Origin: Heterodontus francisci
Taxonomy: Eukaryota
Direction: 5' to 3'
NCBI RefSeq assembly: GCF_036365525.1
Contig: NC_090390.1
Location: 54,294,153 to 54,358,152 of the forward strand
DNA: 64,000 bases
Part shown: positions 51,101 to 62,000 of the stretch, piece after piece
Position numbering within the stretch: position 1 is the first letter of the stretch
How the letters are laid out: every line of letters starts with the position of its first letter
Made by a program: the position numbers and the translations under genes
The notes under the pieces: generated by a model
Told to the model about the DNA's origin: nothing
The model's database searches: none
Seen by the model: only the letters and a program-made list of their open reading frames with translations

Positions 51101-51320
51101 TTTGGTAGCCAATGCTACTGTCTGGGTATTGCTGACTGGGTGGGCACTCCAATTTCATATTACTTTTTTGTGACATTTTAAGGCTGCCAGCTTAATGTTA
51201 TGTGCTGCACTCGCCTTGCAAGACTGCATCAGATCATGGATCTTCTTCCTGCACTGCAGCAGTCTCCACCTATGCCCACTTCATCTGCCTAGCCTGCCCC
51301 TGTCACCCGCCCTGAGGGAA
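48140..51320. mobile_element. PIF/Harbinger DNA transposon relic: HARBI1-like DDE transposase (+, ~48480-49370) and convergent Myb/SANT-like gene (-, ~49900-51300)
   Basis: KVIVVLKCYTSGSF, FPQVQG, FINRNGFHSLTVQVVC, GCSHDSFIL. On the minus strand QCRKKIHDL at ~51232-51258. Confidence 0.8.
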
Positions 51321-51443
51321 AATGGGATCTATACTAGTTGCTGTTTTCAAGCAATCATTGTAACAATGGAACCTAAAAGCTTTTTCAGTGTGCCAGTAAA
51401 ATACAATCATGTGATGAGATCTTTTGGTCCTGTGATTTTATAC

Positions 51444-52196
51444 TGTCAGGCAAACCCCCACCTGCCAAGACTGAGGTACACATTATTTCACCACATGAAC
51501 ATTAAAACTTAAAAAGTGCAAGCTCCTGACTGGAAAGACATTTTTGCATAGTAAGAGACGGTGTTGAAACAATGGGGGCCCAGTAGTTGCTTCCCCAATA
51601 CACAGAAGTGGTCAGACCAGCTTCAGTCACATGATGAACTGGCTGTTGCGGAGGTTTGAGCTGAGTTTTAAATTGGAGAAAACAGTACTTGAGATCAAAA
51701 ACTGTGCTCGTGGACTGAACATCTCTCCTGCCTGTCTCCCTCCATCTCTTTCCCACTGAACTGAATCTTGTGAAGACATGTAAACTCAGGAAAAAGTCTG
51801 CTACGTAAATAAGGTTTAAAAGGAACACTGGGCCCCAACGAAATGAAAGACCATATCTTCAATCAAAGACTACAGCGAGCTCAAAGCACAGTAATGAGCT
51901 GACCTCAAACTTATCTTTTTTCTGTCCCTATTTGCCTGTGTGTATTGCATGTGCATGCTAGTGTGGGCTGCGTCATATCTGTATTACTGTTTAAACCTAA
52001 GGTTTAATAAATTTCATCTTTAAACCAAAGAAAGCCTGTTTGTGTTCATTTCTTTGCCTTATAATTGGAAAGTTGTGAACAAGGATTCACAAAGGGGGAG
52101 CTCAAAACACAGCATTTAAAATTAAACCCTGTTACAATGAGACGAGGTGAAGATAGTAACAGACCCCTGGATACCTTTTCTCACCTGGTCGTAACA
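51444..52196 (+). mobile_element. Solo LTR, sister of 39804
   Basis: tgtcaggcaaacccccacctgccaagactgagg...ggtcgtaaca. AATAAA 52006-52011. Confidence 0.87.
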
Positions 52197-52339
52197 GTAT
52201 TCATCATTTGAGTCCTGAGCTTTATTTTCTGGAAGGAATGAAAATCACGTCCAGAAGGATGGAATGGAGATCGTGAGCTACCCACTGTAATGCAGAGTGA
52301 AATTGAAAGGCGGGTAGAACATGACCTGAAATTTGGCAA

Positions 52340-52510
52340 ACAAAAACAAGAAATGCTGGAATCACTCAGCAGGTCTGGCAGCATCTGTGGAAAGAGAAGC
52401 AGAGTTAACGTTTCGGGTCAGTGACCCTTCTTCGGAACCTGCCTGCTGAGTGATTCCAGCATTTCTTGTTTTTGTTTCAGATTTCCAGCATCCGCAGTAT
52501 TTTGCTTTTG
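52340..52510. mobile_element. Penelope-like inverted insertion with 14-bp TSD CTGAAATTTGGCAA
   Basis: TSD at 52326-52339 and 52511-52524. Perfect ~36-bp inverted arms enclose an antisense hammerhead motif. Confidence 0.85.
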
Positions 52511-52656
52511 CTGAAATTTGGCAATACAAGTTTGCTCTGTACCAACTATTTGAACGTAATAATTTGTGCTTGGCACTTTTTTTCCCCTTGCATGCAACTT
52601 TTGGTAATTGTTTTTTTATTTACTTTCTGAATCTTAAACTTAAAATTTGACTTTAG

Positions 52657-52752
52657 GTGTGGAAGCAGGAGAAAGTGCTTGCAAGTTGGCTCGCAAATGG
52701 GCATATGAAGTTAAAGGAATTCCTAAATATAAAGCAAAAATTCTTTTTGCAG
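52657..52752 (+). CDS. OAT: OAT coding exon 3 ([32 protein letters not shown])
   Basis: ctttag acceptor, G|GTAAGA donor, 96 nt, in phase with neighbours. Not in the ORF track. Confidence 0.97.
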
Positions 52753-53228
52753 GTAAGATTTTTTAAAGTAGGGCATCAGCTCCATGTAGTATTTAATCAT
52801 TATAGTTGTAATTTACATTAAATCCTTATTTACTACATTCAAAAATAACTGTTTTAAAACTATTTTGGGCTGTGTACAAATTTAATATTTTGTTCTGTGG
52901 TTTCTAGGAGATGTAATTTAATGGGCTGTCCTATTCGAATGCTCTAGGACTGAAAAATAATTGATTTTGTTGTCAATGTATATAATGATGCAAAGTTCTT
53001 TTGGTTATTGAAATGTTCTTTCTGGTAAAATCCTTGTAAGAAAAATATAAATGCGGGTAGTCAGTTTTTTTTGCTTCCAAGAAAAATGCAGTATCAAATT
53101 TGTGAAATACATCTTGAATTCATAAAGAAAATACTTCTGTAAATGGATTTGCAGCAGGCCCTGTCCAAAGTTAGAAAATTTGAAGTGTCTGAAGGTACGT
53201 GATATTAACATTATTTATTTTCTTTCAG

Positions 53229-53356
53229 CTGGTAATTTTTGGGGTAGAACTATGTCTGCTGTTTCCAGTTCAACAGATCCCAGTAGTTATGAAGGATTTG
53301 GACCATTTATGCCTGGGTTTGAAATTATTCCATACAATGATCTGCCGGCAACAGAG
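53229..53356 (+). CDS. OAT: OAT coding exon 4 ([31 protein letters not shown]...PATE)
   Basis: tctttcag acceptor, GAG|GTATGA donor, 128 nt, NFWGRT motif. Confidence 0.98.
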
Positions 53357-53430
53357 GTATGAAAAATAATTGGAATTGTTTTGTTAGTTTATATTTTGTT
53401 TTAATTTTAATTTCAGTTTTCTCTCTCTAG

Positions 53431-53553
53431 CGTGCATTCCAGGACCCTAATATGGCAGCATTTATGGTGGAACCAATCCAGGGAGAAGCTGGAGTAATTG
53501 TTCCTGACCAGGGCTACCTTCAAGGAGTGAGAGAATTGTGCACAAAATATAAC
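53431..53553 (+). CDS. OAT: OAT coding exon 5 ([41 protein letters not shown])
   Basis: ctctctag acceptor, AAC|GTGAGT donor, 123 nt, EPIQGEAG motif. Confidence 0.98.
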
Positions 53554-53640
53554 GTGAGTTGTAAAATGTCATTGTAACAAGGGTGGTAATTTACTGAATG
53601 TAAACAGAATCTTTAGTAACGAATCTGTCTCATTGAATAG

Positions 53641-53799
<159 letters not shown>

Positions 53800-54429
53800 T
53801 AAACTGAAGTGTTTTCAACATAGCAAGGGTATAGTAGTGGCACCGTAATAGATAGTGAAATAGCTTTTAAGAAATATGATTTGTATTAATTTGATTGCTG
53901 CAAAAATTCAATTGGGTCATTAATGTTGTTCAAGGAATTGAAATGCCACTCAGTGAGACCTACATGTGACATTCAACCACATTTTATGGTTGACGCTTAA
54001 TCTACTCAGTTTATACAAACAGGCCCACAATTAAGGCAATTATGGTGGGTAGTAAGTGTAACATTTCCACTATCTCTTAAATTCAGAAACAAATCACAGC
54101 TAAATCGAATGTCCTGCATTTTAATGAAAAATTTTAACAAACCAGTAGTACACTTTTAAATTAGCACTAGGCTAATGTGGGTCGCTGCAGATGCAAATAT
54201 AGCCAGGGATTAAAAATTAAATGAAGAGTAGCTACTAGACTTTGACATTTGAACCAGTTATGTAATTACTTCAAGTCGTCATTCTGCTGCAGAACGAGTA
54301 TGCTGACACATGTTTTCCAACTAATGGTTTTGGGGTGCAACTAGCATTATCAAGCTCAATATTTTATGCGAATCTTAGTGTACATGTACCAATAGGGCAT
54401 CTCTGGCAGAATTTGTGTGTTATAGGAAT

Positions 54430-55265
54430 GAGCTGTGGCATGTGGAGTTTAATCCTTAGAAGTGTGAGGTGATGCACGTTGGGAGGACTAACAAGGCAAG
54501 GGAATATACAATGGATGGTAGGACCCTAGGTAGTACAGAGGGACCTTGGGGTGCTTGTCCATAGATCACTGAAGGCAACAGCACAGGTAGATAAGGTGAT
54601 TAGGAAGGCGTACGGGATACTTGCCTTTATTAGCCGAGGCATAGAATATAAGAGCAGGGAGGTTATGATGGAGCTGTATAAAACACCTGGTTAGGCCGCA
54701 GCTGGAGTACTATGTACAGTTCTGGTCATCACGCTATAGGACGGATGTGATTGCAAAGGAGAGGGTGCAGAGGAGATTCACCAGGATGTTGTCTGGGCTG
54801 GAGTATTTCAGTTACAGAGAGACTGGATAGGCTGGGGTTGCTTTCCTTGGAGCGGAGAAGGCTGAGGTGGGGGGGGGGGGGAGGGGGAAAACCTGATTGA
54901 GGTATACAAAATTATGAGGGGCATTGATAGGATCGATAGGAAGAAACTTTTTCCCTTGGCGAAGAGGTCAATAACTAGGGGGCATAGATTTAAGGTAAGG
55001 GACAGGAGGTTTAGAGGGGAGTTGAGGAAAAACCTTTTTCACCCAGTGTGGTTGGAATCTAGAACACACTGTCTGAAGGGGTGGTATAGGCAGGCATACA
55101 CACAACATTTAAGTAGTATTTAGATGAGCACTTGAAACGCCATAACATACAAGGCTGCGGGCCAAGTGCCGGGAAGTGGGATTAGTTTCGGACGGGTGCT
55201 TGATGGTCGGTGCAGGTGCGTTGGGCCGAAGGGCCTGTTTCTGTGCTGTAAAACTCTGACTCTAT
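54430..55265 (+). mobile_element. HER1-like CR1 3' portion
   Basis: RPQLEYYVQFW region. Tail gggccgaagggcctgtttctgtgctgta is shared with the HE1 SINEs. Confidence 0.9.
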
Positions 55266-56369
55266 TACTGAAAAGAGACTCTAGAAGAAATTTAAAGTTG
55301 AAGCAAAAATAGTGCAAACCTTGGAAGAATGATTGCAAAATGGATGAATACAAAATATTCATATCCTTCTCCAATGAATGCCAATTGCATAGAAAAATCA
55401 GGAGGAAGGTCTTTAGCTCTGTATTGTATTCAATCTCTAGATCCTTTGGGGCTGCTGCTGAGTGAGCATCTGTCAGAATCAGCTTCCTAATCTGTGGCAC
55501 ATTTGTCCTATAATCTGACAAAGTTTCCAGGTTTTTAAATATGCTAGTTTAAATATCCTGTCAATTTCAATGGGAAGGTTTTTTTTGCCTACTATCCCAT
55601 AATAGAAATAGGGATTTGATGCCTTTTTGTTGAATCTTGTGGAGAGCAGCAATTGTTTGAAAAATTGAATCCCTATTTTACAAGGTCCCAATGTCATTGG
55701 GCTTCAGGTCCAAGGTTTCTTGGGTAAATTTGTTAACTTTCTAAACATTCATGACTTAGCCCATGATCTCTGATGGAGGGTTATCTACCATTCTATTCAA
55801 CAGTGAGAATTTGGTGTCTATTTAAGAAAAAATTGATGCATCTATACAATTCATTGCAGACCATCATTTCCACCAAGCATAATGTGCTTCTCATTTAATT
55901 CCTGAAGGAGCACAAGACTGGTAACTTTTGTAACCTCGAAAATGTATGTAGTTGGACTTCAGTGGACATTAGTTCAATATTTGGTGTTATCCCACAAGTT
56001 TTTCCATCAATGGTGCACCTACATCCTAACCAGTTTCTGGTAGAAAGCTATTATGCAGTTCTGTACGTCCAAGGCGGAGGGAACACACAGTGTCAAAATG
56101 ACTACGCATTCTCCGCTTTGTTTTCATTCATGTTGAAATAGTGATTGCAATTTTAATTAAACAGTAAATTGTGCAGCTGTCTTTCCCTATTCTTTGCTTC
56201 TCCAGAATTGCTTGTGTTGTGACCATCGTGATTTTCAAGGGGAGCCAGCTAAAAGTGTATATTGATTTTTGTCTAAGTTAGAACAGCACTTTGTTCCAAA
56301 GACAATTTAGCTGAAAATTGTATCTTCATGAGGAATTAAGTTGACTATTTCTTTCTCTTTTTTTTACAG

Positions 56370-56483
56370 GTTTCAGCAGTGTTGTGCAATGATGAAATTA
56401 TGTTATCCATTAAACCAGGTCAGCATGGGTCCACATATGGTGGCAATCCCTTGGCATGCCGTGTTGCTATTGCTGCACTTGAG
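56370..56483 (+). CDS. OAT: OAT coding exon 7 ([38 protein letters not shown])
   Basis: Long polypyrimidine tract + acag acceptor, GAG|GTATGT donor, 114 nt, HGSTYGGNP motif. Confidence 0.98.
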
Positions 56484-56789
56484 GTATGTCTGCGATAGAG
56501 ACAAGTCGAAATGGGCTACATGAATGAGTTTTAAGAAGTTATGGCCAATCAGTTTGAATTTTCACACAAATTCTATCTGCTTAGCGGAAGTACTTTTATT
56601 GGCCAGCAGAAAAGGTCATAGCTGAGGTGTGTATGTGTGTGTGTAAATATATATTTTTAAAAAAGTAATTTATACAGTACACTCCTAGATTCTCTCCTGC
56701 TAACAAATAGGAGATTATGCTGAACAGGTTACAAATGAAAACTTAGGAGATGGTGGATGTGGGGGCGGAATTACATTGAAGAGGTGGGT

Positions 56790-57800
56790 TTATAAGCTTT
56801 AGAAGGAAGGAATGGGATAGCAAAGCAATGTTCCAAAGAGCAGTGCTGTAGTGCCAAAGATTAGTCTTTGAAGGCTAAGTGGTAGTTCAAAACTGGAGGA
56901 ACCTTGGATGTGGTTGAGACATGTGATTGAAGTAGATTTTTTAAGAAATAGCTGGAGTAATTTGAAATCGAAGGTAAGAGCCTTGTAGTTGGTAAGCTGA
57001 GGGAAAAGTGCATAGAACTGTGTGAGGACATAAGATAGTTTTGGATTAACCCAAATATGTGACAGCTGAAGGAAGGGAAACTGGAAACCATTCAAGAAAT
57101 TGACCCTTGGTGATAAAGGCATGGCTTGTGTTTTTCAGCATGGAAGAACCATTGGGTAAAGTTCTGAAGGGGGAAATTGAAGTTAGATAGCTGATCAGAT
57201 ATGGGGTTTAAAAGCTCAACTCAGGGTTGAGCAGAGTGTTGAGGTTATGCACCATCTGGTTCAGCCTGTGCGGAGAGATAGTTGGAGCTGCAGCAAGAGC
57301 TGTGTGGGTGGTGGTAGGAACTAAAAACAATGAATTTGATTTTGCCAGTGTGGATTGAAGGAAAATTTAAACTCATCATGACTTGGAAGTTGTACAGGCA
57401 ATCTGACACTGTAGTCACAGCCTTGGAATAGTTATGACAAAGGTAGAGTTGGGAATCATCAGCATGTACAAAAGCTGACCTAATGCTTTCAAAAATGTGT
57501 AGAGGGATAGCATGTAAGTGATAAAAGGGGACTAAAGATGGGCATCTTGCTGATGTAACTGTGCATTGGACTAGAGAGTGGCTATATTCCAACATGTTAG
57601 AATGGAGCATACTGAAGGTGGGCCAGACACAGACATGATATTGGAGGAGAATGTAATCGCTGATTATCAAATGAGCTCTCAGTTTTGGGTACGTAGGATG
57701 TTGACGACTTGGCCAGAGTATTGTGGGCAGACCAGAAATTGGGTTGCAGTGTTTAGGCATAGCTAAGGGGGATATGTTGCAAAGTTGGGCGGCATCATAG
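56790..57800 (-). mobile_element. Old L2-like LINE fragment
   Basis: HADDSQLYL (YADDTQLY-like) in ORF 57245-57760. Confidence 0.6.
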
Positions 57801-58232
57801 AGAGCACATTGGAAAAAGGCAGTAGTTTGATGGATTCTAGAGATTAGTTTTGGAAGTTTTTCTTTGGAAAAGAGCCTTCACGCTGAAGTATTCAGAAATG
57901 TGAAGAAAGTTGTTAAGGAAAGTTGTTCAGTTTGAAGGTTTCCAATATGAGGTACAGAAAGTTTAAAAATGAGGAAGTTTAAAGTAAAGAGGTATGTCTG
58001 GTAGAATGTTTTCACGCAAAGGATGGTCGAGCTGTGGACTGTCAGCAGGAAAGGCCTCTGAGGCAGACCATAATAAATGGTTTCAAGTGACAATAAGATC
58101 ACTTTCTGGTTGAATAATTTAGCAAGGAAGTGTTAATCTGAAAAGGAGAAAGCTTGGTTGGCTTTATCTATTTCCAATGACTGGGATAAACTTTAAATTT
58201 TTTTGCAATACCCCTTTAACTGAAATATACAG

Positions 58233-58377
58233 GTTCTTGAAGAAGAAAACTTGGCAGAAAATGCAGAGGAAATGGGAATGCTCCTCCGAAGTGAGCTGAT
58301 GAAACTGCCATCGGATATTGTGTCTGCTGTAAGAGGAAAAGGATTATTGAATGCCCTTGTTATCCGAGAAACAAAAG
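58233..58377 (+). CDS. OAT: OAT coding exon 8 ([15 protein letters not shown]...[16 protein letters not shown]); terminal exon outside the window
   Basis: atacag acceptor, AAG|GTACAA donor, 145 nt, VRGKGLL motif. Confidence 0.96.
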
Positions 58378-59014
58378 GTACAAACAATCTGGCAATTTTT
58401 CATCAACTGTTCTATTACATTCCATATATTGGAGCAATTCCATTTAAGCAACACAGGAGATCACTTGAGAGACCAGTTAAATAATAGTTACGTGGTGGCC
58501 TAACAGAATGCAGCCAGAGGTAACAGGCTAGAACAAATGTCAAATTTGATCTTTGAGGGTGAAATAATCATAGAGCTAGTAATGGAGTACCACAAGGAAG
58601 ACAAACTTTCTCAAAGTTTAATGTGTTCTCCAGCCATATTTGTTTTTGTACTTCTATCTATAAGAGACTGAGTTCCAGGCAATTACATTCTTACGTTCCA
58701 CAAACAGAAGTGTGCCTGGTATTCTGTATGAACTTGCAGCTGCTTTGTGATTGGACTCTGGGATCTCTCCAGACCTCCTTCATGCAGTCCATTGGCCAAT
58801 GTAACTTTTTGCTGTACATATACTTTGTTTCAGATGATTACAACAAAGTACACTGGTCAGAACCTCTGTGTAAATAGGTGTGGTTAAGTTGTTTTGGTGA
58901 AGTACCAGAGGGTTGATGAAGGTAATACAGTAGATGTTGTGTATCTGTGAACTTGTCTAGGGCATTTGATAAGGTACCTCATAACAGACCTTTTCTGGAA
59001 AATAAAAGCTACAG

Positions 59015-62000
59015 TGCAGCTACAACACTGGCATCTACCTGTCAATATGGAAAATTGCCCAGATATGTCCTGTGCCCAAAAAGCAGAACAAATCCAACCT
59101 GGCCAATTACTACCCTTTCAGTCTAGTCTCGATCATCAGCAAAGTGATGGAAGAGGTTGTCGACTGTGTAATCAAGCGACACTTGCTCAGCAATAACCTG
59201 ATCACTGGTGCTCAGTTTGGGTTCCATCAGGGCCACTCTGCTTCTGACCTTATTACAATCTTGGTCCAAGCGTTCAATTGTAAGGGGAACAGAGTCTTTT
59301 CTTTGGCTGCAAAGGAGACTCCAGGATTTCCCTCCCTTGTGCAAGGGTCAAGGATATCTGAGAGGCTGTAGGACTTTCTGAAGGGGGAGTGGTGTACAGC
59401 CAATGGTCGTGGTACATGTCGGTACCAACGACATAGGTAGAAAAAGGAATGAGGTCCTGCAAGATGAATTAAGGAGTTCGAAGCTAAATTAAAAAGCAGG
59501 ACCTCAAGGGTAGTAACAGGATTGCTTCCTGTGTCACGTTAGTGAGTATAGGAACAGGAGAATAGACCAGATGAATGTGAGGCTGGAAAAATGGTGCAGG
59601 AGGAAGGGATTTGGATTCCTGGGACAACAGGACTGGTTCTGGGGAAGGTGGGATCTGTACAAGCAGGATGGATTACACCCTGGCAGGACTGGAACCAATG
59701 TCCCCGCAGGGGCTTTTGCGAGTGCTGTTGGGGAGGATTTAAACTAGAATGGCAGTGGGATGGGAACTTGAGTGGGGAGACTGAGGAGGGGGAAACCAGG
59801 ATGAAACGAAAGACCGGAAACAAAAAGGCAAAAGTGGAAGGCATAGAAATCGAGCGCAAGAAACAAATAAGGCCATAGTGTGAAATAATGCTAAGATGAC
59901 AATGTTAAAAAGACATGCCTAAAGGCATTGTGTCTCGATGCGCAGAGTATTTGCAATAAGGTAAGTGAATAACCGCGCAAATAGATGTAAATGGATACGA
60001 TATAGTTATGAATTATGGAGACATGGCTGCAGGGTAACCAAGGATGGGAACTGAACATCCAAAGACATGCAGTATTTAGGAAGGACAGGCAAAAGAGGAA
60101 AGGAGGTGGGGTAGCATTTAGTAAAAGAGGAAATCCATACAATGGTGAGGAAGGATATTCGCTCAGAGAATCCTGATGTGGAATCTGTATGGGTGGACCT
60201 AAAACACCAAGGGGCAGGAAACGGTGGGGGTTCTATTTAGACTCCCCCAAACAGCAGTGGTGATGTAGAGGATGGCATTAAACAGGAAATTGGAGTTGCA
60301 TGCAATAAGGGTACAACTGTAATTATGGGTGACTTTAATTTACATTTAGATTGGGCAAACCAAATTATCAATAATACTGTAGAGGAGGCATTCCTGGAGT
60401 GCATACGTGATGGTTTTTTGGACCAATGTGTTGAGGAACCAAGTAGAGAACAGGCCATCTTAGACTGGGTATTGTGTAATGAGAAAGGATTAGTTAAACA
60501 TGTTGTGTGGGGTCCCTTGGGGAAGAACGACCATAACATGATAGAATTCTTCATTTAAGTTGATTCCAAGACTGTGGTCCTAAATCTAAATAAAGGAAAC
60601 TATGAAGGTACGAGGCCCGACTTGGCTATGATAGATTGAGGAACGTTACTTAAAAGGGTTGACGGTGGATGGGCAATGGCTAGCATTTAAAGAGCGCATG
60701 GATGAATTACAACAATTGTTCATTTCTGTGTGACGCAACAATAAAATGGGAAGGGTGGCTTACAAAAGAAATTAGGGATAGTATTAGATTCAAGGAGGAG
60801 AGATATGAAATGGCCAGAACCAGCAGCAAACCTGACCATTGGGAGATGTTTAGAATTCAGCAAAGGAGAACAAAGGAATTGATTAAGAAAGGGAAAATAG
60901 AGTATGAGAGTAAGCTTGCAGAGAACATAAAAACTGACTAAAAGTTTCTAGACATATGTGAAGAGAAAAAGATTAATGAAGGCAAATGTGTGTCCCTTAC
61001 AGTCAGAAACGGGTGAATTTATGATGGGGAATAAAGAAATGGCAGACCAATTAAATACATACTTTGGTTCTGTCTTCACAAAGGAGGACACAAATTACCT
61101 CCCAGAAATGTTGGGGAACATAGGGTCCAGTGAGAAGGAGGTACTGTATGAAATCAGTATTAGTAGGGAAATGGTGTTAGGGAAATTGACGGGATTGAAG
61201 GCCGATCAATCCCCAGGGCCTGATCTACATCCCAGCGTACTTGAAGTGGCCTTTGAAATAGTAGATGCATTGCTGGTCATTGTTCAAAATTCTATGGAGT
61301 CTGGAAGAGTTCCAATGGATCGGAGGGTACCTAATGTAACCCCACTATTTAAAAAAGGAGATGGAGAGAAAACAAGGAATTATGGACCGGTTAGCCTGAC
61401 TTCAGTAGTGGGGAAAATGCTAGAGTCCATTATAAAAAATGTAATAGTAAAGCACTTGGAAAACAGTGACAGGATTGGACAAAGTCAACATGGATTTACG
61501 AAAGGGAAATCATGCTTGACAAATCTACTGGAATTTTTTGACTATGTAACGAGTAGAATAGATCAGGGAGAAGCAGTGGATGTGGTGTATTTGGACTTTT
61601 AGAAGGCTTTCGATAAGGTCCCACATAAGAGATTAGCATGCAAAATTAAAGCACATGGGATTGGGGGCAGGGTACTGACATGGATAGAGAACTGGTTGGC
61701 AGACAGGAGACAGAGTAGGAATAAAGGGGTCTTTTTCCGAGTGGCAGGCAGTGACTAGTGGGGTACTGCAGCGATCAGTGCTAGGACCCCAGCTATTCAC
61801 AATATATATTAATGATCTAGATAAAGGAATTAAATGTAATATATCCAAGTTTGCAGACGACTCAAAGCTGGGTGGGAATGGGAGTGTGAACTGTGAGGAG
61901 GATGCAGAGAAGCTCCAGTGTGATTTGGACAGGTTGAGTGGGCAAATGCATGGCAGATGCAGTATAAAGTGGATAAGTGTGAGGTTATCCACTTTGGTAG

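Noticed and set aside
39804-52196. 39804 and 51444 LTRs as the two ends of one provirus
   Set aside because: 39804 has its own TSD, and the interval holds CR1, Harbinger and other LTRs rather than gag/pol.
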